60,377 nucleotides of DNA from contig CAZMXT010000005.1 of NCBI GenBank assembly GCA_964570365.1, positions 1 to 60,377 of the forward strand, written 5' to 3'. The translations under genes and the position numbers were made by a program. The notes beneath the pieces were generated by a model, which ran no database searches, had not been told where the DNA came from, and saw only the letters and a list, made by a program, of their open reading frames with translations. Origin of the DNA: an uncultured Pseudomonadales bacterium (GTDB lineage Bacteria; Patescibacteriota; Microgenomatia; UBA1400; PJMF01). Positions 9,205 to 19,338 of this stretch are shown here, piece by piece (the first letter of the stretch is position 1; every line of letters starts with the position of its first letter).

Positions 9205-10280
9205 GAACTATTCCAATCCTGAATTCACGCGATGAAATTACGGCTTTGGATACGCTTAATGCCCTGGGCTCGATTGAGATGCTTGGCAGTCAAGTTCAGC
9301 AGATTTGGCAAGAAGCCCAGGCAGTCCACTTTGATGAGTCATATCGGCAGATCAAAAATGTGGTCGTCGCGGGAATGGGCGGTTCGGCTTTGGGCACTCA
9401 TGTCATTCAGACCGTTTTCAAGGAAGAGCTTGCTGTACCTGTACTGGTTGTGCCAGATTATGAACTACCTTCATTTGTAAATCAGGATACGCTAGTTATT
9501 GCCTCGAGCTACTCCGGAACGACTGAGGAAACTTTAGCTGCTGTAGCGGACGCCCAACAAAAAGGCGCCAAGATTGCCGGTATTACTTCAGGTGGGAAGC
9601 TAGCTGATTTTTTACGCGAACATAAGTACCCAGCGATTATTTTTGAGACTGAGTTTAATCCCTGCAAGTCGCCCCGGATGGCCTTAGGCTATTCGATCTT
9701 TGGCCAAATTGCATTATTTGCTCAGGCCGGGTTGCTCAAAGTTACTCAGACTGAGTACCAGGCAGTGCTAGAAACTATTGCTCAAGCACATCTCCGCATG
9801 AGCGTCAACGTCAACCAAGAAGAAAACCCCGCCAAGCTGCTGGCTTTTGAGATGCTTACTCGCATCCCGGTGATTACGGTGGCCGAGCACTTGGAAGGTG
9901 TCGCGCATGTCTTTGCCAATCAGCTCAACGAAAATGCCAAGACTTTTGCTGAATATAGAGTTGTTCCTGAGCTCAACCATCACCTAATGGAAGGACTTCA
10001 GTTCCCAGACACCAATGCGCTGAATTTACTCTTCATTCCTATTTCTTCTCAGCTATACGGAACTGGCAACCAAAAACGGATGAAGCTAACCCAGCAAGTG
10101 CTCGACCAAAATTCCATTGAGTACCGTGAGCATACGTTAGTCAGTACCACCAAACTCGAACAAGCATTTGAGCTGCTCACTTTTGCAAGCTACACGAGCT
10201 TTTACTTAGCCATTCTCAATAATCAGAATCCCACACCCAACCCCTGGGTGGATTGGTTCAAGGCCGAGCTCAAAAAATAG
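9201..10280 (+). CDS. bifunctional phosphoglucose/phosphomannose isomerase (SIS domains)
   Basis: SIS motifs VVAGMGGSALG and ASSYSGTTEETL. Length and layout match the archaeal/CPR-type PGI/PMI. It overlaps the upstream stop by 4 nt. Confidence 0.8.
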   Translation: MRTIPILNSRDEITALDTLNALGSIEMLGSQVQQIWQEAQAVHFDESYRQIKNVVVAGMGGSALGTHVIQTVFKEELAVPVLVVPDYELPSFVNQDTLVIASSYSGTTEETLAAVADAQQKGAKIAGITSGGKLADFLREHKYPAIIFETEFNPCKSPRMALGYSIFGQIALFAQAGLLKVTQTEYQAVLETIAQAHLRMSVNVNQEENPAKLLAFEMLTRIPVITVAEHLEGVAHVFANQLNENAKTFAEYRVVPELNHHLMEGLQFPDTNALNLLFIPISSQLYGTGNQKRMKLTQQVLDQNSIEYREHTLVSTTKLEQAFELLTFASYTSFYLAILNNQNPTPNPWVDWFKAELKK

Positions 10281-10281
10281 C

Positions 10282-11484
10282 ATGCAGTTCTCACCTCGCT
10301 ACATCATCCCACTTTTAGTAGAGCAACCTACTTGGGGAGGGGGGTACATCGCCGAGTTTAAGGGAATTACTGACGACTCCGTGACCGGCACCAGGGTCGG
10401 ACAGGCGTTTGAGTTGTTTAGTGGCTCACAGCTTACCAGCGAAGCGAACCAAAGTTATGCCGTCGCGTCAGCAACACAGCTGGACCAACCTAGATATTCG
10501 CAAAAGCCAACAGACGCTCACTCACTGCAAACCCTGATTGATCAGGACCCAGTTCAAGTGCTAGGTGAAAAGGCAGTGGCTAAAAATGGCACTGCGCTCA
10601 GTGTGCTGATCAAATTCACTCAAGCACAAAATAATTCTTACCAAGTCCATGTCCGACCGGGGAAAGAATTTGGGAAGTGGCAGGCTAAGCCTGAGTCTTG
10701 GTATTTTTTGGAGCCAGGCAAAGCTACACTGGGCCTCAAGGCAGGTTGCTCTGTCTCAGAGTATAAAGAGCGTTGTATAGAAATCAATACTTTTGCACAA
10801 CAACTCAGTAAGACAGTTCAAACGGGGCAGAAATCAGTTGCTCAAGCTCGCGCTGAGCTCCGATCCTATATCGAGCAGGACCACCCCCAGCGCTTTGTAA
10901 ACACGCTGGCGATTCCTAAAAACCAAGTCATCGATCTGAGTGAAGGAGGAGTCCACCACTCTTGGGAAATGGGCCCCGAACTCCCTCAAGGAAATATTGT
11001 CTATGAAGTGCAGTGCGATGTGATGGATGAGTTCTGCACTCTGCGATCCTTTGATCAGGGCAACATGAAAGAGGATGGCAAGGTCCGTCCCCTCACCATT
11101 GAAGATTACTTTACCGCTTTAGACACCAGACCAGAGGTAAACACGGCCGCCAAGCGAAGCCTGGCGGACGGCCAAAGAGCTGAAGACAAGTACCTTCAAA
11201 CACCACAAGCGACCCTAGATGGCTCAGTGACCGTGAAAACTTTATTTGAAAATCAGTACTACACTACGTTGGCAATTGAGCTTGGTAGTTCTTATCAAGG
11301 TGTCTATTCGCAAACCTCGGGCAGTTGGCACCATTTGTTTGTCCAAGCAGGGGAAGTAAGCGTAGTCTGGGATGGAAAGAAGTGGCCAATTGCCAAGGGG
11401 TGGTCGCTGTTTATACCAGCAAGCATCGGATCCTATGCCTTAGAGACACAGCTTCCATCTGTGGTGCTACAGACCTCAGTCTAG
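10282..11484 (+). CDS. type I mannose-6-phosphate isomerase-like cupin protein
   Basis: N-terminal PTWGGGYI, a SYQVHVRP motif (resembles the QVHP zinc-ligand region of class I PMI), and GGVHHSWE further on. The assignment is tentative. Confidence 0.5.
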   Translation: MQFSPRYIIPLLVEQPTWGGGYIAEFKGITDDSVTGTRVGQAFELFSGSQLTSEANQSYAVASATQLDQPRYSQKPTDAHSLQTLIDQDPVQVLGEKAVAKNGTALSVLIKFTQAQNNSYQVHVRPGKEFGKWQAKPESWYFLEPGKATLGLKAGCSVSEYKERCIEINTFAQQLSKTVQTGQKSVAQARAELRSYIEQDHPQRFVNTLAIPKNQVIDLSEGGVHHSWEMGPELPQGNIVYEVQCDVMDEFCTLRSFDQGNMKEDGKVRPLTIEDYFTALDTRPEVNTAAKRSLADGQRAEDKYLQTPQATLDGSVTVKTLFENQYYTTLAIELGSSYQGVYSQTSGSWHHLFVQAGEVSVVWDGKKWPIAKGWSLFIPASIGSYALETQLPSVVLQTSV

Positions 11485-11526
11485 CCTCTCCTTGTCCCGC
11501 GCCCAAATCTTCGATACCATGAGCTT

Positions 11527-13407
11527 GTGTCAAATATTTGCCCATTAATTGCTGCTAAAAATCTTGCGGATGAAGAGGTCGGCCTATGGGTCAGAGACTT
11601 AGCGACATTTGAAAAAGAAGCTGTCCCAATTGCTCCAGCCTGGGTGGTTCCTACCAGCTTTTTGGCCGAAATAGCCGAGCAAACTCACCTTTTTACTGAA
11701 CTGAGCAAAATTTATGCCGTCGTGAACTGGCAAAACTCTACCTCCATTCAGGCGGCTGCCATTAAGATCATCCACATTATCCGGCAGCTGAAGGTCCCTG
11801 AGATTCAATTAAAGGGGTTCAGCGCTGCCTATAAAAAATGGTTTGATGGTCTTTTTCTCTCGGTTCGGCCTAGCTTTATTCGACAAACAAAAAAAACTCA
11901 GCATCTGAGTGAACTGAATGTAAAAGGCGAAGCAAACCTGCTGGAATCATTACTACACGTCTTATCCCATTGTTACCAAGCTGAGTTTCTTCAAGAGCGG
12001 TATCAAGAGTGGCAAGCTGGGATAAAATTGCCTGCCGCGTTACTGCTTCAACAAATGATAGATGCTGAGTCTTCAGGAGTGGGAATGGTCTTGGAGCTGC
12101 ATGGCCAAGCACATCCGGTGGTGATGCTGTATTCTATCTGGGGAATTACCGAGAATTGGCCAGAACTGCAACAACATGGAGATATCTTCGAGGTTGAGAC
12201 AAAAGCCTGGCGCATTATTCGCCGCCAAATGAATGTGAAGTCAAAGCAATGGGTCAGGCAGATTGATAAACTGAGCCACGTCGCCGTCGCTGAGCATCTC
12301 CAGCACTATCCTAGTCTGACAGATGAAGGGGCCATAGCTATTGCGAAGCTTATTCACCAGGCACAAAAACGTCACTTTGGGACTCAGCTAATTGACTGGG
12401 CTGCGGAAAGGACCCAAGCCTTTATTCTAGATATTCGACCAGTGCCAGATATCTTTCACGCGGCGACCTCTTTTTCTCCGTTTGCTTCTCCTAGTCACAC
12501 CCACGCACAAGCCGCTCAACCACTGACTGCTACTAAATTATTTGTTTCGGTAGCAGATCCTCAACAGAGTAAAACCGAAATTGCCCTGGCAGACGGAATC
12601 GGCTTGCTCCGCAGTGAATTTACCTACACTCACTTGCAGACACATCCAAAGCAACTAATGAAAACAGGAAAATCAGAACAGATTAAAGCGTCTTTGGCTC
12701 GGACAGTGGTTTCCTTTCATGCCCAGTTGCCGAACGTACCAATTATCTTTCGCTCCCAAAACTTTACTTCTAATGAGTTAGCTTCTTTAAAAGATGGACC
12801 TGATCACGAACCAAAAGAAGCAAATCCTTACCTTGGTTATCGGGGCGCAGTCAGAATGATCCATGATTACAGCCTTTTTGACATTGAGCTGGATGCCTTG
12901 CGAGATGCACATGAGCAGGGAGTGAATGATTTGGGGATGATGTTGCCGTTTATTCGCAGTACTGGAGAGCTGGCCATTTTGTTGCATCACTTTCAAAAAG
13001 TAGAGTATGGTTCTCACCACTTCCTCAAGCTGTGGATGCAGTGCAATACTCCAGAGAATATCCTCAACTTAGAGCAGTACTGCCAAAAAGGCCTGGCTGG
13101 ATTTTCACTGAATGTGCAAACAATTTCGAGCTTAGCCACTGGGATAGACCCTGACCACCCAGATCTGGGTCATCTCTACCCACTCGACGTGCAGTTGCTA
13201 ACTCCGTTGATTACCCACGCACAGCGGATCACTGCCAAGCACCACCTCCCACTTCATCTTCACCTAGAGAACTTTCATCCTGAACTACTTCGTTTGGCCG
13301 TAGAACTCGGACTAGAAGCAGTTGTGGTCAAACCGCGCGACTTGGTTCAAAGCCGACAGGCTATTGTTGAGGCGGAAGCAGCCAAGATTGTTGGCAAAAA
13401 CTTCTAA
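11527..13407 (+). CDS. PEP-utilizing-enzyme-like protein (PPDK_N-like N-domain + PEP/pyruvate TIM-barrel-like C-domain, no recognisable phosphohistidine swivel domain)
   Basis: The N-terminal region (VPIAPAWVVPTSF, SSGVGMVL) resembles the nucleotide-binding domain of PEP synthase/PPDK. The C-terminal region (GIGLLRSEFTY, NPYLGYRGAVR, GMMLPFIRS) resembles the PEP-utilizers TIM barrel. I find no GG.TSHAAI-type motif between them. The start is GTG. Confidence 0.55.
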   Translation: MSNICPLIAAKNLADEEVGLWVRDLATFEKEAVPIAPAWVVPTSFLAEIAEQTHLFTELSKIYAVVNWQNSTSIQAAAIKIIHIIRQLKVPEIQLKGFSAAYKKWFDGLFLSVRPSFIRQTKKTQHLSELNVKGEANLLESLLHVLSHCYQAEFLQERYQEWQAGIKLPAALLLQQMIDAESSGVGMVLELHGQAHPVVMLYSIWGITENWPELQQHGDIFEVETKAWRIIRRQMNVKSKQWVRQIDKLSHVAVAEHLQHYPSLTDEGAIAIAKLIHQAQKRHFGTQLIDWAAERTQAFILDIRPVPDIFHAATSFSPFASPSHTHAQAAQPLTATKLFVSVADPQQSKTEIALADGIGLLRSEFTYTHLQTHPKQLMKTGKSEQIKASLARTVVSFHAQLPNVPIIFRSQNFTSNELASLKDGPDHEPKEANPYLGYRGAVRMIHDYSLFDIELDALRDAHEQGVNDLGMMLPFIRSTGELAILLHHFQKVEYGSHHFLKLWMQCNTPENILNLEQYCQKGLAGFSLNVQTISSLATGIDPDHPDLGHLYPLDVQLLTPLITHAQRITAKHHLPLHLHLENFHPELLRLAVELGLEAVVVKPRDLVQSRQAIVEAEAAKIVGKNF

Positions 13408-13460
13408 ATCTTCGGGTGTCAAATACTCGAGATTTGTGTATTATTACTACACTTCTTTTT

Positions 13461-14732
13461 ATGCCTATTATCCAATCAATAGCTGCTCGTGAAATTTTAG
13501 ACTGCCGTGGTCTACCAACAGTAGAATGTTCTGTTTGGCTAGATAATGGTATTTATACGGTGTCCAGTGTACCGTCTGGAACCTCGGTGGGAAAGTATGA
13601 AGCGCTCGAGCTACGAGATGGTAAGAACCCTCGGATGCTTGGGATGGGGGTCTTAACCGCCGTCAACCACATCAATACAATTATTGCTCCTGCTGTGATT
13701 GGCAAAGATCCCACTCACCAAACTGAGATTGACCAAATCCTGGTCAATCTGGATGGCACGGAGAACAAAACGAAGCTCGGTGCCAATGCCTTAATTGCGG
13801 TCTCTCAGGCAGTCATGAAAGCGGGTGCTTTCAGTGTGGGAATGCCGTTGTTTTACTATATTCAGCAAAAGTATCAGCTGACTGATACGCTCAGTATACC
13901 CACCTGCATCTTTAATATGATCGACGGCGGAGTCGCTGGCTCAACAAATCTAGACTTTCAAGAGTTCCAGATAGTCCCAGCTAGTAACATGGACTTTGTC
14001 AGCTCGTTAGAAATGGCCACCACCATTTTTCAGAAATTAATGGTGACGTTAGTTGCCAAAGGCGCGGTTCACTCGGTGGGGCTCAACGGTGGATATGCGC
14101 CAAATCTCTACAACAACACGGATGCCTTTGAGATTCTGATTGAAGCGATTAAAACCACTCAATATACCTTTATCCAGGACCTGTTCTTTGGAGTTGACAT
14201 AGCTGCCTCTGAGTTTTATCAAGCGGGCAAGTACGACCTAAAAGATAAGTCCCAACCCTACTCACCAAAAGAGTTGATTGAGTACTACAAAAACATGCGC
14301 AAGCTGTACCATGTCTTCTCGATTGAAGATCCGTTCCAAGATGATGACTGGGAAAGTTGGCAGGAGCTGACCAGTGAGCTAGGGGAGACGAGCACCATTA
14401 TTGGCGACAATTTACTTGCAGGCAATAAAATTAGAACAGAAAAAGCCATCAAAGAAAAAGTCTGCAATGCCATTCTGGTCAAGCCCAATCAGGTAGGTAC
14501 AATCAGCGAGGTAATTGAAGTCATCCAAATTGCCCGCGCAGCCCAGTGGCAAGTGATCCTTTCGCACCGCAGTGGGGAAACCAATGATGACTTTATCGCT
14601 GACTTTGCCGTTGGAGTGGGTGCTAACTACGCCAAGTTTGGACCGCCCAATCGAGGTGAACGTATCTCCAAGTATAACCGTTTACTCCAAATTCAAGCCG
14701 AGATAACGCAGTCAACCACGCCACATGCATAA
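13461..14732 (+). CDS. eno: enolase
   Basis: MPIIQSIAAREILDCRGLPTVE at the N-terminus, SHRSGETNDDFIADFAV, and KPNQVGTISE. The ATG at 13461 fits the canonical N-terminus better than the tracked GTG at 13416. Confidence 0.93.
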   Translation: MPIIQSIAAREILDCRGLPTVECSVWLDNGIYTVSSVPSGTSVGKYEALELRDGKNPRMLGMGVLTAVNHINTIIAPAVIGKDPTHQTEIDQILVNLDGTENKTKLGANALIAVSQAVMKAGAFSVGMPLFYYIQQKYQLTDTLSIPTCIFNMIDGGVAGSTNLDFQEFQIVPASNMDFVSSLEMATTIFQKLMVTLVAKGAVHSVGLNGGYAPNLYNNTDAFEILIEAIKTTQYTFIQDLFFGVDIAASEFYQAGKYDLKDKSQPYSPKELIEYYKNMRKLYHVFSIEDPFQDDDWESWQELTSELGETSTIIGDNLLAGNKIRTEKAIKEKVCNAILVKPNQVGTISEVIEVIQIARAAQWQVILSHRSGETNDDFIADFAVGVGANYAKFGPPNRGERISKYNRLLQIQAEITQSTTPHA

Positions 14733-14744
14733 ATAAAAGTTACT

Positions 14745-16442
14745 ATGGACTTCAAAAATCTAAACCTTACCCCTGCGATTTCTGGAGCTCCCTTTGACAG
14801 TAATACGCCAATGAAGAAATATACTGGGCCCAAACCAGCAGTATTGCTGATCTTAGATGGCTGGGGTCTTGGACCCAACAATGCAGGAAATGCAATTGCC
14901 CGAGCAAATGTTCCGAATATGAAGAAGTACTGGGTTTCTTTCCCGCACACTCAACTATCTGCCAGCGGTCAAGCAGTAGGTCTGCCTCAAAATGAGGATG
15001 GCAACACAGAGACAGGCCACTTGAATATTGGTGCTGGTAGTATTGTCTATCAAGACCTGCCCAGAATAAATATGTCCATTGCTGATGGCTCATTTTCTAT
15101 CAACAAGGCTTTTCTGGAAGCAATTGAGCACGTCAAAAAGCATAACTCTGCCCTTCATCTGATGGGTCTGATTGGTGCAGGTGGGGTTCACTCCAATATT
15201 GAGCACCTTTACGCTTTACTCAACATTTGCCATAAAGAAAAAGTTGCGAAAGTATATATTCATGGCTTTACTGATGGTCGCGACTCACCACCCACTTCGG
15301 GCGTTAACTACATTAAACAAATTCAGGAAATGTGCAAAAAACTCGGAGTGGGGCAGTTCGCCACGATCATGGGCCGGTACTTTGCTATGGATAGGGATAA
15401 GCGTTGGGATCGAATCGAAAAAGCCTACAATGCGATGATTATGGGTGCTGGTGAACAAGTTTCTGATCCGGTTGCCGCCATCAAAGCCCAATATGACAAG
15501 GGTATAACTGACGAGTTTATCGAGCCATTGAGCCTATGCGACGAAGGTGGAAAGCCGCGTATTGTTCAAGATAACGATGCCGCAATTTTCTTTAATTATC
15601 GGATTGATCGACCACGCGAACTAACCCGAGCCTTCGTCCAACCTGATTTTGAGTCAAATACCCAAGACGAAGAGTTTGATCCATATGCCATAAAGTATGA
15701 AAAGTCACACCTGAAAAAAACAATTGGTACTCATATGTTTCGCCGACAAAAAATTATCAAGAACTTGCACTTTGTGACCATGACCATGTACGAAGAGAAG
15801 CTGCCAGTCCACATTGCCTACCCACCTCAGTTTGTGAAGAACCCAATCTGTAAAGTCTTTGCTGAACATGGGCTACGTCAGCTCAGAATGTCAGAAACCG
15901 AGAAAGAGCGCTTTGTCACCTACTATATGAATGGACAAAAAGAAACCATTTATCCAGGTGAGGATCGGATTATTCTCCCTTCAAAAGGGGCGAAATCATA
16001 TGATGAAGTGCCGGAAATGAGCGCCCGAGAAATTACGAACCACATGATTCAACAAATTCGTCAAGATAAGTACGATGTGATTATTTGCAACTTTGCTAAT
16101 GCTGACATGGTGGCACACACTGGCAACCTGGCAGCGACTATCAAAGCTTGTGAAGTCCTAGATACTTGCGTTGATCAGATTGTGCGCGAAGTGGGGAATA
16201 AAGGTGGGGTAGTGTTTATCACCGCAGATCATGGCAATGCTGAAGAGTTAATTAATAACGGCACGGGCGAGGTTGATACAGAGCACTCCACATACCCAGT
16301 TCCATTTATGATCATTGGCAAACAATTCCTGAACCATAGCACAATGCTGCCTTCTGGCATTCTGGCGGATGTCGCCCCTACCATACTCTCCGTGATGGGA
16401 ATACCCAAACCAGACACCATGACAGGCCGAGCCTTACTGTAA
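14745..16442 (+). CDS. gpmI: 2,3-bisphosphoglycerate-independent phosphoglycerate mutase
   Basis: LLILDGWG, TETGHLNIGAG, NFANADMVAHTG and ITADHGNAE motifs. Confidence 0.93.
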   Translation: MDFKNLNLTPAISGAPFDSNTPMKKYTGPKPAVLLILDGWGLGPNNAGNAIARANVPNMKKYWVSFPHTQLSASGQAVGLPQNEDGNTETGHLNIGAGSIVYQDLPRINMSIADGSFSINKAFLEAIEHVKKHNSALHLMGLIGAGGVHSNIEHLYALLNICHKEKVAKVYIHGFTDGRDSPPTSGVNYIKQIQEMCKKLGVGQFATIMGRYFAMDRDKRWDRIEKAYNAMIMGAGEQVSDPVAAIKAQYDKGITDEFIEPLSLCDEGGKPRIVQDNDAAIFFNYRIDRPRELTRAFVQPDFESNTQDEEFDPYAIKYEKSHLKKTIGTHMFRRQKIIKNLHFVTMTMYEEKLPVHIAYPPQFVKNPICKVFAEHGLRQLRMSETEKERFVTYYMNGQKETIYPGEDRIILPSKGAKSYDEVPEMSAREITNHMIQQIRQDKYDVIICNFANADMVAHTGNLAATIKACEVLDTCVDQIVREVGNKGGVVFITADHGNAEELINNGTGEVDTEHSTYPVPFMIIGKQFLNHSTMLPSGILADVAPTILSVMGIPKPDTMTGRALL

Positions 16443-17180
16443 AGACGGTTTCAAGAGCTCTTTCATCTTGGATAATCGGAAAAAGAGGTGAAAATCATTT
16501 ATGGCTCTTTCTCTAAATAACTGGAAATCATTGTAATTTGAGGCACCGTAGTTTCGTTTTCGATGTGTGACTGGTGACTCTGCAAAACAGGCCCCTGTCC
16601 ACTGCAATTTTTTGATTAACTCGATCACCACTGAGCCATTTTGACCTTCGAGTGAGAAATTTTTTAAGCAGGCGGTCCGAATTAGACGGAAATCACAGTG
16701 ACCATCCTGAATTGGCAATCCAAAGAAAAATCTGCTAATCGGTCGGTACATCGCACTGGCGATTCGGCGAGTGCATTGGTCCTCTTGAACTTGACGATAG
16801 CCATTTACCACATCCGCTTGAGTAGATTTTTGCACAGAGATCAACGCTTGAAGGTCACGTAAGTCATACTGCAGATCTCCATCGGTGTAGAACACCCAAT
16901 TTTTTGAAGCAGCGGCAAACCCTTTTTTGATCACTGCATAGCCTTCTGTATTTGTCGTACAATCCATTACCTTAAGTTCTGGATGACGCTCTTTCATCAA
17001 TGTAATTTGGTTTGAGGTGTCATCTTTAGAAACTCCGCCATCAATCGCAATTACTTCCAAGTCTTCAGCCAACTGCTTCCCAATCTCAAACGCCATATCA
17101 ACGGCAGCTGGAACAGTCCCCCCATCATTAAAAAAGGGGAAAAAAATAGTCAAGCTCGATACGCGTTCTTGTTCTCTCAT
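16434..17180 (-). CDS. family 2 glycosyltransferase
   Basis: SLTIFFPFFNDGGT, IAIDGGVSKDDT and YTDGDLQYD (DxD) motifs. The MREQ start at 17180 is preferred over the extended ORF. It overlaps the convergent gpmI end by 9 nt. Confidence 0.75.
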   Translation of the reverse strand: MREQERVSSLTIFFPFFNDGGTVPAAVDMAFEIGKQLAEDLEVIAIDGGVSKDDTSNQITLMKERHPELKVMDCTTNTEGYAVIKKGFAAASKNWVFYTDGDLQYDLRDLQALISVQKSTQADVVNGYRQVQEDQCTRRIASAMYRPISRFFFGLPIQDGHCDFRLIRTACLKNFSLEGQNGSVVIELIKKLQWTGACFAESPVTHRKRNYGASNYNDFQLFRERAINDFHLFFRLSKMKELLKPSLQ

Positions 17181-17288
17181 TGGCCTTAAGCTTAATACAC
17201 TTTGCTTACACTTACAAATGAGTAAGAGAGGTGCAAAGAAATAGCCTAGCAATTTTACTCTGGACTCTTTCCCTGCTACAGTAGAGAG

Positions 17289-19331
17289 ATGCTTCGTCTT
17301 CGCTCATTTTTTTCTGCTTCATCCATTGCAGTTATTGGCGCCTCAAATAACCGGGTCAAAGTTGGGCATCAAATTTTGCGCAACTTACTTCGTGAGAACA
17401 TGAATCACCACGAACCAAAAAAATTATTCCCGGTTAATCCAAGTTCCAGCTCCATTCTTGGTTTACCAGCCTTCCCTAGTATTACGGCTATCACTACGCC
17501 TGTTGAGCTAGTGATTATTGTGACCCCGATGCCAACTGTGAAATCATTGGTAGATGAGATCACTGAGCGGAATACGCGTTTTTCTGTGCGTGATCGAGTG
17601 AAGTCAGTCATTATTATTTCGGCTGGATTTGCAGAGACAAGTGAAGCAGGGGGACAACTTCAAACTGAAATCTCCCTCAAGCTGCAAGCTGCGGGAATTC
17701 ACCTCCTCGGTCCGAATACACTAGGTATCATTCATCCCAGTAGTCACTTAAATGCTAGCTTTGCGCAGAGTGATATTCCTGAAGGAAACTTAGGAATTAT
17801 TTCTCAATCTGGAGCCATGTTAACTGCCATTTTCCATGCCTTAAAGGACCGACAAGCAGGCGTCTCGTTTGCCATTTCATTAGGGAATAAGGCAGGAGTT
17901 AATGAGAATGATTGCTTAGAGTATGCGCTCCATGACCACCAAACACGAGCTGTCATCATGTACCTAGAGTCATTTTCAGACTTGCCCCAGTTCTTTGAGC
18001 TTTGCAGTCAGTTACGTTTACAAAAACCAGTTCTCTTGCTAAAGGGTGGTACATCGTCTCGGGGCCAAACCGCTTCTGCTTCTCACACCGCTGCGCTGGC
18101 TACCAACCAAGTACTCTTGGAAGCTGCCTCTCAACAAATGGGCTTTACCTTAGTGAAAACCATAGAAGAGCTAATGAATGTCTCCTTTTTTCTCGCTCAA
18201 CATCGACAGCTCCCGGAGAACGTCATGGTGATTACCAATGCTGGAGGACCAGCAGTGACGACCATTGATGCTCTTTCTGCAGTTCAAGTTCCTTTGGCCA
18301 GCTGGAGCAAAGCCAGCCATGCTGAGTTTGATGACTTGTTACCTGGCTTTAAACCAAGTAACCCCCTCGACTTACTGGGTGATGCTAGTCCAGAACGATT
18401 CCGCGCCGCTATCCAAATTGCCCGAACAGATGCGCAGGTAGACAGTATGTTGGTGATCGTGACTCCTCAAGCAGTGACTGATTTAGAAGGTACAGTGCAG
18501 ACATTAATTGATCAACGTGGCCGGAAACCTTTATTCGTGGCACTGATGGGGGGAGACCACTTAGAGAAACTACGTCATAAGTTACGCGAGAACCAGATTG
18601 TGTGCTCAGCTTTTCCCAATGACTTAGTCGAAAGTCTACACGTTTTACACCAGCTCTCTCGCCAAAAATATGGGAATGAAACATTCATGGGCAGTGCCAT
18701 ACATGCCAAATCTGTCTCTCAACTCAAACCCCCAAACTTACGCGAAGCATTTCAGTTATTGGCGAGCCATGGATTCCAGTTGCCAAAATATAGCATTATT
18801 AACCAAGCTGATTTCGCTCGCTGGCCCCAACTGACCTACCCACTCTTTGCCAAAACAGCCAACCTGTCATTGCTTCATAAAAAAGAATTGGGTGCCGTAT
18901 ACGGTGTGGTCAATACTCCTGAAGAAGCTCAGCTGGCGTACCAAACTCTGCAAAAATTTGGCAACGATGTACTGTTTCAAGAAGTCATTACTGCCCAGCA
19001 TGAACTACTATTAGGTATAGAAAATGACCCCCAGTTCGGACTGTACCTCAGCATCGGACTTGGAGGTAGTTACACCAATATCTTGGCTGATCGGGTGTAT
19101 ATTTTTCTGCCGGCAACCAAAAAGAAATTGATTAGCCTTTGGCAGATGACCAAAGCTTATCAGGCACTGAAGAATGATCGAGCAATTTGTGATTTGGTCG
19201 TAGATCAAATGGTGAATTTACAAAAATTAATTATGAAAAATCCCTGGATTCGCAGTGTAGAAATTAACCCTTTAGCAATCGGAAATGGGCAGGTTTTGGC
19301 GGCAGATGTAAAGCTAGGAATTAAGGTATAA
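17289..19331 (+). CDS. ADP-forming acetyl-CoA synthetase (fused alpha/beta; acetate--CoA ligase family)
   Basis: CoA-binding N-domain (IAVIGASNN), a succinyl-CoA-synthetase-like ligase domain (GPNTLGII, ISQSGA, histidine loop GQTASASHTAALA), and a C-terminal ATP-grasp. TACAGT lies 6 nt upstream of the ATG. Confidence 0.8.
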   Translation: MLRLRSFFSASSIAVIGASNNRVKVGHQILRNLLRENMNHHEPKKLFPVNPSSSSILGLPAFPSITAITTPVELVIIVTPMPTVKSLVDEITERNTRFSVRDRVKSVIIISAGFAETSEAGGQLQTEISLKLQAAGIHLLGPNTLGIIHPSSHLNASFAQSDIPEGNLGIISQSGAMLTAIFHALKDRQAGVSFAISLGNKAGVNENDCLEYALHDHQTRAVIMYLESFSDLPQFFELCSQLRLQKPVLLLKGGTSSRGQTASASHTAALATNQVLLEAASQQMGFTLVKTIEELMNVSFFLAQHRQLPENVMVITNAGGPAVTTIDALSAVQVPLASWSKASHAEFDDLLPGFKPSNPLDLLGDASPERFRAAIQIARTDAQVDSMLVIVTPQAVTDLEGTVQTLIDQRGRKPLFVALMGGDHLEKLRHKLRENQIVCSAFPNDLVESLHVLHQLSRQKYGNETFMGSAIHAKSVSQLKPPNLREAFQLLASHGFQLPKYSIINQADFARWPQLTYPLFAKTANLSLLHKKELGAVYGVVNTPEEAQLAYQTLQKFGNDVLFQEVITAQHELLLGIENDPQFGLYLSIGLGGSYTNILADRVYIFLPATKKKLISLWQMTKAYQALKNDRAICDLVVDQMVNLQKLIMKNPWIRSVEINPLAIGNGQVLAADVKLGIKV

Positions 19332-19338
19332 TCTTGTT

